From Lobosporangium transversale (taxonomy: Eukaryota), in NCBI RefSeq assembly GCF_002105155.1, contig NW_019028996.1:372001-436000 (forward strand): 64,000 bases of DNA. The letters run 5' to 3'. The notes beneath the pieces were generated by a model. It was not told the origin of the DNA and did no database searches. It worked only from the letters and a program-made list of their open reading frames with translations. The position numbers and the translations under genes were made by a program. Below are positions 14,012 to 30,508 of the stretch, piece after piece (the first letter of the stretch is position 1; each line of letters begins with the position of its first letter).

Positions 14012-15019
14012 ATAGATACCTTGTTCATGCTTCTAGCATCTCTGTACCAAAGGACCTTCATGCTCTTTTTCAAGATTTCGACCGCTTGCTCCTCCGTAAT
14101 GTTATCCTCGCCTCCACGGGTTTCAAGTTCCTTGCGCAAGATGGGTTGAGCAAGATGAGAGCCGAATCCTGTGGCAATGGATGGTGCTTGGTAAGGTGTT
14201 CCTTTCAGATCAATAGCTCCCAAAAAGCTATTCATTTGAAGGTAGACAAGAAATAAAATATATAATAAGATAAAATTTAAAATATTAGATATTTCTCTTA
14301 GACGCTACTATGCATCTTTCTTTTTTTAATATTTTTACCTCTTGCCCTGGTGGACGCCTCCAAGAACAAAAGTGTTCCAAAGTGGGTTCATCTTTGAACG
14401 GCGGTTATACATGACACGCCATAAGTACTCATAAATGTTGGGTGTCGCTAATGTGTGGCCATCATCTGCGTTGTATTCCTTGATCCTATAAAAATTAAGA
14501 AAGATTTAATATTTCTGGAAAAGAATTAAAAAAAAAAAATAAAAAAAAAAAAAAACATACATTTGCGAGTCGATAAGGTGCTTGACGTATTGGTAATCCG
14601 AAATGTCACCACTAGCACCCAGGACAGTAAAGTCGGCCACTTGGTGCAATCTCTCGACGTCACGGAAACGGGCCAAAGACCCATAGGAGGCCAAGTTATC
14701 TGCAGCCATCATCACACCCCCCTTGAACTTGATGCCAAGCACTGACGTTCCTGTGACTACTGGCTGCCTATTCAAGAAGAAGATCCCATCGTTTATCATT
14801 AGCTACTCGGACAACATTGATTTACGGTTATCTTGACTATCACCAGGGAATTATAGCTTACAGAGTATGAGATGTGGGATGACCAGTGGTGTGACCATAG
14901 CCCGCAATTTGGGTGACACTGTGAGGGACCTTTCCAATGTGCGATGAGATAGGATAGGTGTTGTAGCTATCGACATCCTCTGAGCGAGGGTTTCCCCAGT
15001 TCGTTGGAAAATGGTCCAT
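13806..15019 (-). CDS. PRE4: 20S proteasome beta-7 subunit (PSMB4/Pre4), multi-exon
   Basis: MDHFPTNWG start; [14 protein letters not shown]...[27 protein letters not shown]; ends [13 protein letters not shown]. Confidence 0.95.
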
Positions 15020-15377
15020 GATTCCTAGTCTTGTTCTGGTTAGGATATATTAGTTAGTGGAGATGTCAAGAACTTGTCTTTTTTTCTTTTTGAAGGGAAA
15101 ATGAATGAATAAATGAATAGAATGAACAGTTGGTGTCTAAAAATTAGCATGGATAGCGATGAAGGGACGCGTCACACACCCACGCACGAAGACGCGGCTG
15201 TGGACGGTCTTTTCAATATTCCGCGACATTATTTGCTCAATTGATGTCATATGGATGACTAGCCAATCAACGGGCGGAATTTGGGTTGCATATCTTGAAT
15301 GCTAATTTGAATGTTGGTTTTCTGAGCAACTTTCATTGACATTCCTTTATTCCAAACAAGTAACCAAACGCATTGCA

Positions 15378-15489
15378 ATGGGAGGTCCAAGGCTCGAAGT
15401 TTTTAAGGTATGAAATAATAAAAAAACAATGCATGCAGCAACCAATATTTTCTTTTTCTTCTTAACCGCTTGACTCAACGTTACTCTCT

Positions 15490-15520
<31 letters not shown>

Positions 15521-16122
15521 CGTTATTCGGAAACTCTTTCAATGGCGGTATACAGTTCGGTGTCTACATTTTCACACCAGTCATGTTCATGGTGTACTTT
15601 GGTAATAAACTGGATATAAGTTTAGGCCTGATCCTTTACGACTTTAGAAGAATGCCTCAAAAGAAATATGTCATTAACAGAACCTCCCTTTTTTTGTTAT
15701 ATCCGAATGGGCACAATAATTTTAGGCGCACCCGAATTCTACGACAAACATGTTCGAGGCGTAAGTTATCAGAGTGGGACGGTCGGACTCGGTGCACATT
15801 GTCTTTAAACTTACGCCCTACCTTACTTCCTTATTAACGCACCTATATCTTTTGTAACTTACTTAAAACTTTAGTCAAAATTCTGGCCTGCTCCAGAGAC
15901 TGTCAACGTAAGGGGGGAAATATGTATTGAAGTGAGAAATGAATATGCCATGATTTAGGCTTTGAAAGAAAAAGAAGAAAAATAACAGACTTGCTTCCTT
16001 GATCTCAGACACGCACCGGTATTGACAAAAAGGAATTGACATACGAGGTCGAGCGCTTAAAACAGGAACGGCTTGCACGAAAAGCTGCACGGGAAGGTAT
16101 ATCGGGCGACAAAAACGTGTAG
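15378..16122 (+). CDS. PET100: Pet100-like cytochrome c oxidase assembly factor, five small exons (not represented as a whole in the ORF track)
   Basis: Spliced: MGGPRLEVFK|FGVYIFTPVMFMVYFG|APEFYDKHVRG|SKFWPAPETVN|TRTGIDKKELTYEVERLKQERLARKAAREGISGDKNV*; matches the Pet100 LEVFKF..Y...P pattern. Confidence 0.85.
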
Positions 16123-16998
16123 ACACTTTTTTTTTATCTATCGCTACGATGAAGACGTTTGTCCCATTCGATATTTTTATTAATAAACGAAGAAATAAAG
16201 GAGCCTATTCATATTTGTCGCTCGGGAAGTATCTTTATATCTTTATTATTCTAAAGGAGCATAGGTCCATGATTGAGCTTGCGTTTTTGTCCAAGTCTGA
16301 AAGTATGGAAGTATATCTTTAAAAAGGTGTTTATGCATGTGCTTGGTTTGGGATTGCTACCAAAGCCTCTTTTGCCTCGACCAGCTCCTCTATAACGATA
16401 AAAAACAGAAATCGTATTAAACACTGTACGCCTCTAATTAGCAGGAACAGAAAAATGATCCATTAACATGTACATACTCCTCTTTATCTCGGTCAAAATC
16501 GTCTTATTTTCACGAAACAGGACCCTAGAGGATGGTACCTTTTTAGCATATACCGTCTTAAAAGGGAAAAATAAAATAAAATAAAATAAAAGTTAATCTT
16601 TGCGGAAAATATCTAAATGGTATGCTTTATTTTTATTTTCCCACGCATACCGCATTTGGTCTCAAAGATGAAAGTTCTTCAGTAAGAATGTCAAGCTCAT
16701 GAATCTACTCTTCCACCAGCAATAAAAAAAGCATCGCATTAGACTTGAAAAATTTACGAAAAGCATTTCTAGCCGAGTCAGTTTGAGCGGAACTCGCTTC
16801 AAGTTAGCTTTGCATGTTGCACCTTGTTTTTGAGTTCCTCGTTCATGACAATCGTTCAAATGTTTGGACTATTAGATGCGAAAACTCAAGTCAAAAGTGA
16901 AAATTTCAATACAATATGAAAATACGGTCACTTGTTTATTTAATTTTATTTTTTAAGGTTTATTATACAGGTTAAATTAGTAACATGATCAATATTGC

Positions 16999-18562
16999 TT
17001 AAAGGTCCTTCTTCAAGGTGCCCTGGAATTGCTGGCGCTCCTCGCGGGTCTGGAAACGGCCGTGACCGAACTTGGAGGAGGTATCAATGAACTTGAGCTG
17101 GACATTTTCCAAAGCAGAGCGCTTAGTGTGGACTAGAAGAGACTTACGGAGGGTGACAACACGCTTTTTGGTACCAGCGCAGCAACCCTTGATCATGACA
17201 TAGTCCTCATTGACAATACCATAGTGAGGGAAACCACCAAGAGGGGTGATAGCCTTCTCTGTCAAGTCATAGTCAGTCTTGGCATTAGACTTGTCCTCGC
17301 CCTTTCCAATTCGATAAATCTTCTTGTTGACCTCGGTACGGTGGTGGTAACCATTCTGACCAGCACGAGGAACAGAGAACATGACGCGGGAAGGATGCCA
17401 TGCTCCAATACAAGCAACCTTACGAAGACCTTTGTGAGTCTTACGAGGAAGCTTCTTAGTACCCCAACGATGAGTGACACCCTCAAATCCGTGACCCTTT
17501 GTGACAGCAATCACGTCAATCATCTCATCCTGTTCCAGTACAGACGAAACATCCACAGTCTTCTCAAAGTGCTCATATGCAAATTTGACTTTATCAGCCA
17601 CTGATCCTCCGTTTAACTGAATCTCCATGACATGGGCCTTCTTTTGACCAATCTTAACCTTGCGCACCTGGGTATGGACAATAACACGGACGACAGAGCA
17701 GTATTTCTTGATGCGCTCAAGCTCGCGGAGGATAGGCTTAGCACCATTAGCGTGTTGTTTAGCATACTTAGTGAAAGCCTTTTTCTTGGAGCGGTACCAA
17801 TTCTTGTAGAATCGGCGCTTAAGCTCCTCCGACAAGTGCTCGGCCCAAACTGTGGTCAAGGAGCGAAGACCACGAGGGGTCTCGACGTAACCGACAACAC
17901 CAACAACAACCATAGGAGGAGTCTCAATGATGGTCACAGCCTCAACAATCTCCTTCTTATGCATCTTAGAGCCAGGACGGTCCAAATCGCGGACAACATG
18001 AGTCATACCAGCCTTGTAGCCCATGAAGGCAGTCAAGTGCACAGGCTTAGAGGGATCATCCTTTGGGAAGGACTTAGCCTTTCCTCTGTGGCGAGCAGCG
18101 CGCTTACGAGGCAAGAACCCAAGGGAACCGTGGCGTGGTCTCTCAAACTTTCGGTGAGACTATTCAGACAACGGACAGAGGGATTAAACTAAATGTTAGA
18201 TTGTATGCATTAATATTTTAATAGTGATAGTCTGCCTCTTTTCTCAGGTACAATGACTTCTCGTCGATAGCAATGCAATTAACACAGATAAAAAAAACAC
18301 ATAAGCGGCTCTTGGCTTGCTGAGAATGTGTAAGATTGATCGGTTAATTGCGCTGCTGCATCGTAGAATCAATGATGCTAAGTCAATTGGAGGATCTATG
18401 GATGAAGAGGGGATGTCGAAGGCAAGAAGTACGATCAACTGATCAATTGAGGATAGATATTGCAAGGAATGATATGTATATAGATCAGTGGATTAATGGA
18501 TAGATGGATAAATGGAAAGCAAGGTGGATGTTTTGGATATCTGTCAACGTTGGTTGTACCAT
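16999..18562 (-). CDS. RPL3: 60S ribosomal protein L3 (uL3); ATG-only exon 18562-18560, exon 2 18159-16999
   Basis: [58 protein letters not shown]. Confidence 0.98.
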
Positions 18563-19066
18563 TTTTATTAAGTTGAGCGAAAAGAGAAAGAGCAAACCAC
18601 AGCGCAATCAAACATTATAAGTGAAATGTCAAACCACGTGATAAATCGGGGATTGAGCTTCTTAATTTCTTAAACCATGGGGCAAATAATGCCCCATGTA
18701 GAGACTCATACCGATATCGGTATTAGTCAATTATAAGCCTACCACTTAATAAACCTTTTGTAATTGATAGCGGACTAGGCAGCGGTAAGACATCGGTATG
18801 AGCCTCTGCTTTGAACGCTTTCAACAGGATTATGGCGTGCTTTGGGGCGTAGAAAAGACAGCATTGTCTCTTTTGAGCAATGAAGGATATAGGATTTGTT
18901 CTTTGGAGGCAACCTTTTTGAAACTACACCTGTTGCTAGTAAAGACACAAATGGTTCCCGTTTCAGCCCTTCCACAATTCAAAGGCTGTGACGTAGCCAT
19001 CAAATGCTACATATTTGTCGAAGTGTTGACACATCCCTTGCAAAAGTTCAAAGAGTATTGTTTAAG

Positions 19067-19140
19067 GGACGTAGAGAAGTTAATGACATGTGGCAGTGTT
19101 CAAGTGTTTATACAGCACCATTATGGAGTCCGAGCAGTCG
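19067..19140 (+). repeat. Diverged ~75-bp direct repeat, copy 1 (copy 2 at 21335-21406)
   Basis: ggacgtagagaagttaatgacatgtggcagtgttcaagtgtt...gagtccgagcagtcg vs ggacgtggagaagtcaatgacatgtagcagtgttcaggtgtt...gagttcgaacagtcg. Confidence 0.8.
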
Positions 19141-19409
19141 CCATATTCGGATGAATTGCAACTGAGGTGAATATTTAGCATTTACATGAATAGGTAAGAT
19201 GAAAATAAAGTGAATACATGGAGCAATATAGAGAGCTGTAATAAAGCGCTTTATGTTTAATAGATTGCAAAGAGTTTATATATCTGTATGGGTACTGTTT
19301 CTGAGAAATATGTACGCCTTGTTGAGGCTCAGTGGAGGTTAATTGCACATACTTTCAAAAACCACCATGCCGCGCACGGACCACGGGACGACTTTCCAAT
19401 TCTTTTATG

Positions 19410-19489
19410 GAGATGAAATCCAAAGTCGTCCCCGGTTAAATAGTCTCGGCTCACGCTATTTAACCGAGGGCGACTTTGGATATCATCTC
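19410..19489. repeat. 80-bp palindromic (foldback/MITE-like) element
   Basis: 34-bp inverted repeats 19410-19443 and 19456-19489 with 3 mismatches, 12-nt loop; no clear TSD. Confidence 0.8.
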
Positions 19490-19509
19490 AAAAAAAAATT
19501 AATTTAGTG

Positions 19510-21320
19510 ATCATCTACGCGACAGATTCAAACAGGCTCTTGATGGCAAGAAGGCTGGTGATCAAATCATATTGTCTTCAATCGGACAGAAGCCCAGAGA
19601 GTTTGGCGAAGGCTTTCCAGGGGATTCATTTTTCATTACGGAGTAGATGATTGAAGTGTGGAAAGAATTTTCAGCAGAGAGCAAGTATTCAATCCAGAAG
19701 ATATTAGCAGGACCTATGGGAGTTGGAAAATCCTATCTCGCCATTTTCCTTGCTTGCCAAAGCCTATGCGGAAGGGTGGCCAGTACTCTACGTAACAGAT
19801 GCTGGCGAACTAGTTCAGGCAAATGTCGGTAAAACGGGTACAGAAATATGCGAGCGGTTTTTTGCCTTAAGCAAGGATAGATTGACAATTGCTGACTTCA
19901 AGGAGATTCTGAAGATGTTTTCAAGAAATCCAACTGCTGTAGACACTGCGATTTGTACAGCTTCTAGGATCCTTTCATCGCTAGTCTGTCAGGTGGATAA
20001 GAAGACCCTTGCTATCATCGATGAGCACGGCAAGCTTTTTAAAGATGGTAAACCAGTGCCAAACCTCTTCCGACCTCTGATTGACATCCATCTATGGGAT
20101 CCCGCGAGCAATGGAGCTCGAGTGATCTTTACCGTGACGGCGTTTGCTGGCTATGAAACTATAATACTCACCCGCGACGTCGATTCAATCCTAGAGTTTG
20201 TAGGTCCGCTCTTCAATACGATTTTTGACAAACTTTTAGCATCAAGTCCCCTGCTATCAGAGGAAGGTGTTAGGGAGGAAGCGAAGAGAGCCACAAACAA
20301 CGTTTCAAGGGGACTCAACATGCTGGTCGGGTTTCTTAACGAGTCTGGACCCAAAGACGTACACTTGACTACTGTACAAAAAATTAAAAAATTCGAGAAT
20401 GAACGACGCGCATCCTTTGCAGAAGCTACCCAGAAATACTATCAAAAACTTGACGATACGTCGAAGCAAATTCACCTCGAGGCCATTTCACGCATCTTTT
20501 GACCTAGAGAAAATGAAACCTTGCACCGTACGCAAGTTCCAAGTGCATATCAATCCAGGATTTAGGCTTGTTATATCGTGTCAAAGAAGGTGGTATGATC
20601 GTATACCAACTCTTATGTCCATCAGCCAACCTTGCCCTTGTTGATTTGTAAAGACAACAACCTCTTCCTGAAGATATAGCCTTTGCCATGAAAAATGGAA
20701 CATGGAACAATGAACAGTTTGAAAGAGCGATCGAACATGGGCTTTTAAAGCAGAGGAATGTCATTCTTGAAACAACAGATCTCAGTAGAAGACCCAAGGC
20801 TTCTTTGCGTATCCAATCGGAAATTTATGATATGACCACAGCGAAGCCATCGAAAGTGGATGAAAATGTGTTACGGAGGTGCTACAAAGGATACCCTATA
20901 TTTGGTTTCATTTACAATCGCACGTTTATTCAAGTATCACTTCAAAGCTTCGCTGAGCATGAAAAAATTAAAAGCAAACAGATTTCAAAGGCCTTTAAGA
21001 GAAAGAGAGACGATCGTGATGAATCAGCAATGGAGTCCGAGGGACACAAAGGAAAGCGGAGAGTAAGTAGCAAAGAAAGTCGAAGACGATAGAAACCAGG
21101 TTGAGATTTATTTGGATGCAGTCTTTGGAGGAAAGCATGAAGCAAAGATTAATCCTACGACGAAGCTTTTTGAGGCTTCGAAGGATGGCAAGAGATTGGA
21201 TGATTTTAGGATTATTTACATGAGTGGAAAGCCGTTGCCCAAAAATGTGAAAGGCTAAGGAATATCCCGGCCTTTTACATGTAGACTTTAACGAAATTAT
21301 TTGGAGACCTGCATCACAAA
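19510..21320 (+). pseudogene. Frameshifted Crinkler-like P-loop NTPase + restriction-endonuclease-fold protein, N-terminus missing
   Basis: Walker A LAGPMGVGKS, AKAYAEGWPVLYV, Walker B IIDEHG, NEQFERAI, FIQVSLQSF, NQVEIYLDAVFGGKH; stop at 19644-19646 and several frameshifts. Confidence 0.7.
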
Positions 21321-21334
21321 AGAAGATGAGAATC

Positions 21335-21406
21335 GGACGTGGAGAAGTCAATGACATGTAGCAGTGTTCAGGTGTTAGGCAGTATCATATAGAGTTCGAA
21401 CAGTCG
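21335..21406 (+). repeat. Diverged ~75-bp direct repeat, copy 2
   Basis: Aligns by eye to 19067-19140. Confidence 0.8.
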
Positions 21407-22220
21407 TCCCACCTTTCTACAACGAATGCTATTTCTGCATCTATTAGAGTTGTCAGCTTGTTACACCTTTTAATACGGCAGTGCAGCGATTAACCATAGC
21501 ATGAAAACCTACTATCTAAATACCGGTACAGCTCTGTAAGTGTACTGTCGTATAAAACACGTACTCCTAGATATTTAAGAATAAAGCCCACTATACTCCA
21601 GCCAGAAGACATGTCTCGAGAACCAGGCTATATTGTAGCACAGATGCTGAGCACGGCATCAACTATAACTGCCTTCTCATGATTGGGGACTTAGAGAAAA
21701 CCTGGATTCGAAGAATATACACCACCACATTATGGCGGGCTACTACATCTGCAAAGTTGTTCACAGCTATCTGTATCATCAAAGGAGGCCTTTGTATCTT
21801 CAGTTAATCGATTAAAAAGAAGTATACCCCTGAATGGTGCTGGAATGAGTACGTACAGATGTTGAGGATGTTACCAATACTGCTAATAGTTGTACCTGTG
21901 ATATGGAGACAAATTCTGGGGAAGGAGACCAGAGGGTCAAGCCTGTCGCTCTTTTTGGTTAGACCTTTTCAAATTGAAAAGGGCTAACCATAATGAACGA
22001 CAGCAGCAATAAAATAATTTTCGCTTTCATAGAGTCTTCACGTGATGTAAGCGTGACGTATCCTTCTGCCCCTCGCTCGTGGTGAGCAAGTGACATTCAT
22101 TACCTCCCCTTTTTTACTACAATTCCATCTTGTTAACCTGCATTTATCATTACACATCAACATATTTTATACATAATCCCTCTCACTCTCTTTTGCTTAT
22201 CTGTTAGAATATAAAACTAT

Positions 22221-22750
22221 ATGGTAATGACTGAATCGATATAGGGCGTGTCCATAGACGTCAACATTCATATATTTGCATGAAGCAATGAAACCCAATG
22301 AAATAGGACAAGAAAAAAAAAAAAAAACTTACTTTTTTTGTGGAAAATCAATTAGGCCGCATCAAACTCTTCGGGTATTCAGACGCTTCTCGAGGCTGAG
22401 AAAGAGGCTGCCAAGATTGTTCAGAAAGCACGCCAATGTAGGTGATAAAAACTCTTAAAGAGAAAAAAAAAACCCCACGATTTCTGTCATTAAATTCTTG
22501 AAGTTATTTTCACTGAACTATCGTTGGACCTACTTTCATGTAATATGTATTTTAAAGATCGCGTTCAGAGACTCAAGGATGCTCGTGCAGAAGCAGCAAA
22601 AGAAATTGAAGAATTGAAGGCTGCTAAGAATGAGGACTTTAAGCGATTCGAGCAAGAGGTGAGGCATTGGATACACATGGAATTGACATGATAGAACCTT
22701 GGTAACAATTCTTTTACCAATGAAAACTAAACCCATTGGGTATCTATCTA

Positions 22751-22783
<33 letters not shown>

Positions 22784-22959
22784 AGCACGCTGGATCATCA
22801 GATGAAACTACTCATCGCGTCGAAGTTGAAACTGAGCAGAAGCGCGCTGAAATTGAAGCTGCTTTTGCCAAGAATAAGGACGCTGTGCTTCAAAAGTTGC
22901 TAGAAACTGTATACAGTGTGGAGCCCAAGATTCACCGCAATGCACACCTCAACGCCTAA
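22221..22959 (+). CDS. VMA10: V-type ATPase subunit G, four exons (ATG-only first exon)
   Basis: Spliced MAASNSSGIQTLLEAEKEAAKIVQKARQYRVQRLKDARAEAAKEIE...VEPKIHRNAHLNA*. Confidence 0.95.
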
Positions 22960-23449
22960 AAAAAAACTAGATTATATCCAAATTTATGCCTATAAGTAAA
23001 AAAAAAGTCGTGTTGAATATGAGCATTTTTTATCGTAATTAAATATGCATGCCATTGCTTCATAACAGTAAACAACACCATAGGCAAAGCGTAGCAAAGA
23101 CATCTTATCAGATTTGGTCCTTTCTGTAGCGCTGGCCTTAGTTTTTCCTTTTTTAGATCCTTTTTAACTTTTTCAATGTTCATTTTGTCTTGGCAAAAGC
23201 ATGCCTCATCGTCTCATCGTCTACGCAGCGAAACAAAATTCATTCGTCTTGTTAATGTTTTAACACAAGAACACAGCCGGGAATTCATTCTCCCTTGGAG
23301 TCAAAAAAAAATAAAAAACTATTAAAGCTTTGCACGCTGCTTTATTCTTTTTTTCCTTTTTTTTTTTTTAATGCAGCAATTCATTTCATTCTCATCTGCA
23401 TACTTCATCATCTTTTCAGTATCAGCATCGAAAGCAAAATAAAATATAA

Positions 23450-24406
23450 ATGAATTTTGTTCAGGGAATTTTCCTTCAAGTCAAAAAATTGGCTACAGGT
23501 AGTGAGGACCTGGACCTATCAGCATCACCGTTTGTTTCTGTAGCGGACTGCCATAGTTGTGCTACGCCTTGCCGTGAAGAAGATCACCCGCACTACCCAT
23601 CACACCTAAAGATCAACCAGGATAGACCTCTACTCTATTCTGTCAAACCCTATACACGCCATATCCTCATCTCGACCGGCCAGGATGATTGGGAGTCGCA
23701 TATTGATAGAGATAAAGACTCTCTGGCATTTCATCTTTCCAAAGCCATTGATGAGGGCCAGAAACGACTTAAGGACACAGATGACCGTGATCCAGAAAAG
23801 ATTTTAGTTACCAATAGTTCGAGAAAAGCAGAAAATTGGGAAGGTCCTGGATGGCAGGTGATTATTTTACCAGATCAGATCATCGTCAATAATGTCACGC
23901 CGGAGCAATGCAATGATTTCTTTGAGGCATTCCTAAGGCCTGCAGTTGGATCTATCTCGTTTCAGGGAGTGACGACGACATCAACGGATCATAATCAACA
24001 AGGCATTGAAGTAGAAGCAGGCAAAACAGCATTCCGTGCGTTACGCTGGTTGCCAAAGGCTGTCATAATGATCTGCTCACATAAGCGACGGGACAAACGC
24101 TGTGGTGTGACAGCTCCCATCTTGCGCAAGGAGTTTATGCGAGTCTTACGATCTAAGGACCTCTATGGCGATTGTGAAGGTGATGTCGAGATCTGGATGG
24201 TGAGCCATATTGGCGGACACAAGTTTGCAGGCAATGTGATTGTGCATAAGAATGAAGGCATGGCTGTCTGGTACGGACGAGTGGAGCCATGCCATAGCCA
24301 GGCAATTGTTGAGGCGACAATTGAACGAGGCGAGATCATTAGGGAGCTGTATCGAGGTAGCATGAACGGTAGTTTTGACCTACAGATGAAGAAGACTGCA
24401 TGGTGA
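23450..24406 (+). CDS. Sucrase/ferredoxin-like thioredoxin-fold 2Fe-2S protein (Apd1/Aim32 family)
   Basis: ICSHKRRDKRCG and SHIGGHKFAGNVI, WYGRV motifs; intronless ORF of 318 aa. Confidence 0.9.
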   Translation: MNFVQGIFLQVKKLATGSEDLDLSASPFVSVADCHSCATPCREEDHPHYPSHLKINQDRPLLYSVKPYTRHILISTGQDDWESHIDRDKDSLAFHLSKAIDEGQKRLKDTDDRDPEKILVTNSSRKAENWEGPGWQVIILPDQIIVNNVTPEQCNDFFEAFLRPAVGSISFQGVTTTSTDHNQQGIEVEAGKTAFRALRWLPKAVIMICSHKRRDKRCGVTAPILRKEFMRVLRSKDLYGDCEGDVEIWMVSHIGGHKFAGNVIVHKNEGMAVWYGRVEPCHSQAIVEATIERGEIIRELYRGSMNGSFDLQMKKTAW

Positions 24407-24904
24407 AGGATGAAGATTTGAATAGTCTAATAATACTCTATCATTACATTAAACGATTTTACTCAAACAAGTCCGCTATGTCGGCCAAACAGAAGCATCG
24501 CGTTTATATATTCGTTTCTATGTTTCAAAAAAAATCATGAGAGTGGGAATGATGGAGATGTGTAATTACCTTGAATGTTCATTTGAATGTGCTTGTCCTA
24601 CTGGCGGCTTCAGTTGCTTAACTTATTCTTTTTTCTTTAATTACTGTCTCCATATGTTTCTGTCTCTGCTTTTGCGTCTATTGTCATCATAATTGACACA
24701 TCACTTACACTACTTCTTCCTTTCTATTTCTTTCTTTTCTTTTTTTTTTATTTTTCTTTTTGCTTCTTAAATATCTAACATCATCGCATATTTCCCCAAT
24801 TGTCTGCTTTGTCCCTTCGTCTTCTCGCTTGTTCACTTGAACGCCTACACATTTTTCTTGAAAGAAAGAAGTCAAATATATATATAATTACTATCTTAAA
24901 CACA

Positions 24905-30425
<5,521 letters not shown>

Positions 30426-30508
30426 ACAATAATAATAACAAACAATTTATGAATGACCATTCAAGGTGTTTGCTCGTAGTCTCTTTTATTAATGATATTG
30501 TCAGGATC

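Noticed and set aside
16600..16900. Possible ncRNA between PET100 and RPL3
   Set aside because: No recognisable boxes, Sm site or convincing stems
17224..18192. Long antisense ORFs over RPL3 (and similar ones over RNR1, PCM1, UTP12)
   Set aside because: Shadow ORFs produced by codon bias of the real gene on the opposite strand
21420..21990. Coding-like stretch downstream of the Crinkler-like pseudogene
   Set aside because: No ORF or motif I could assign
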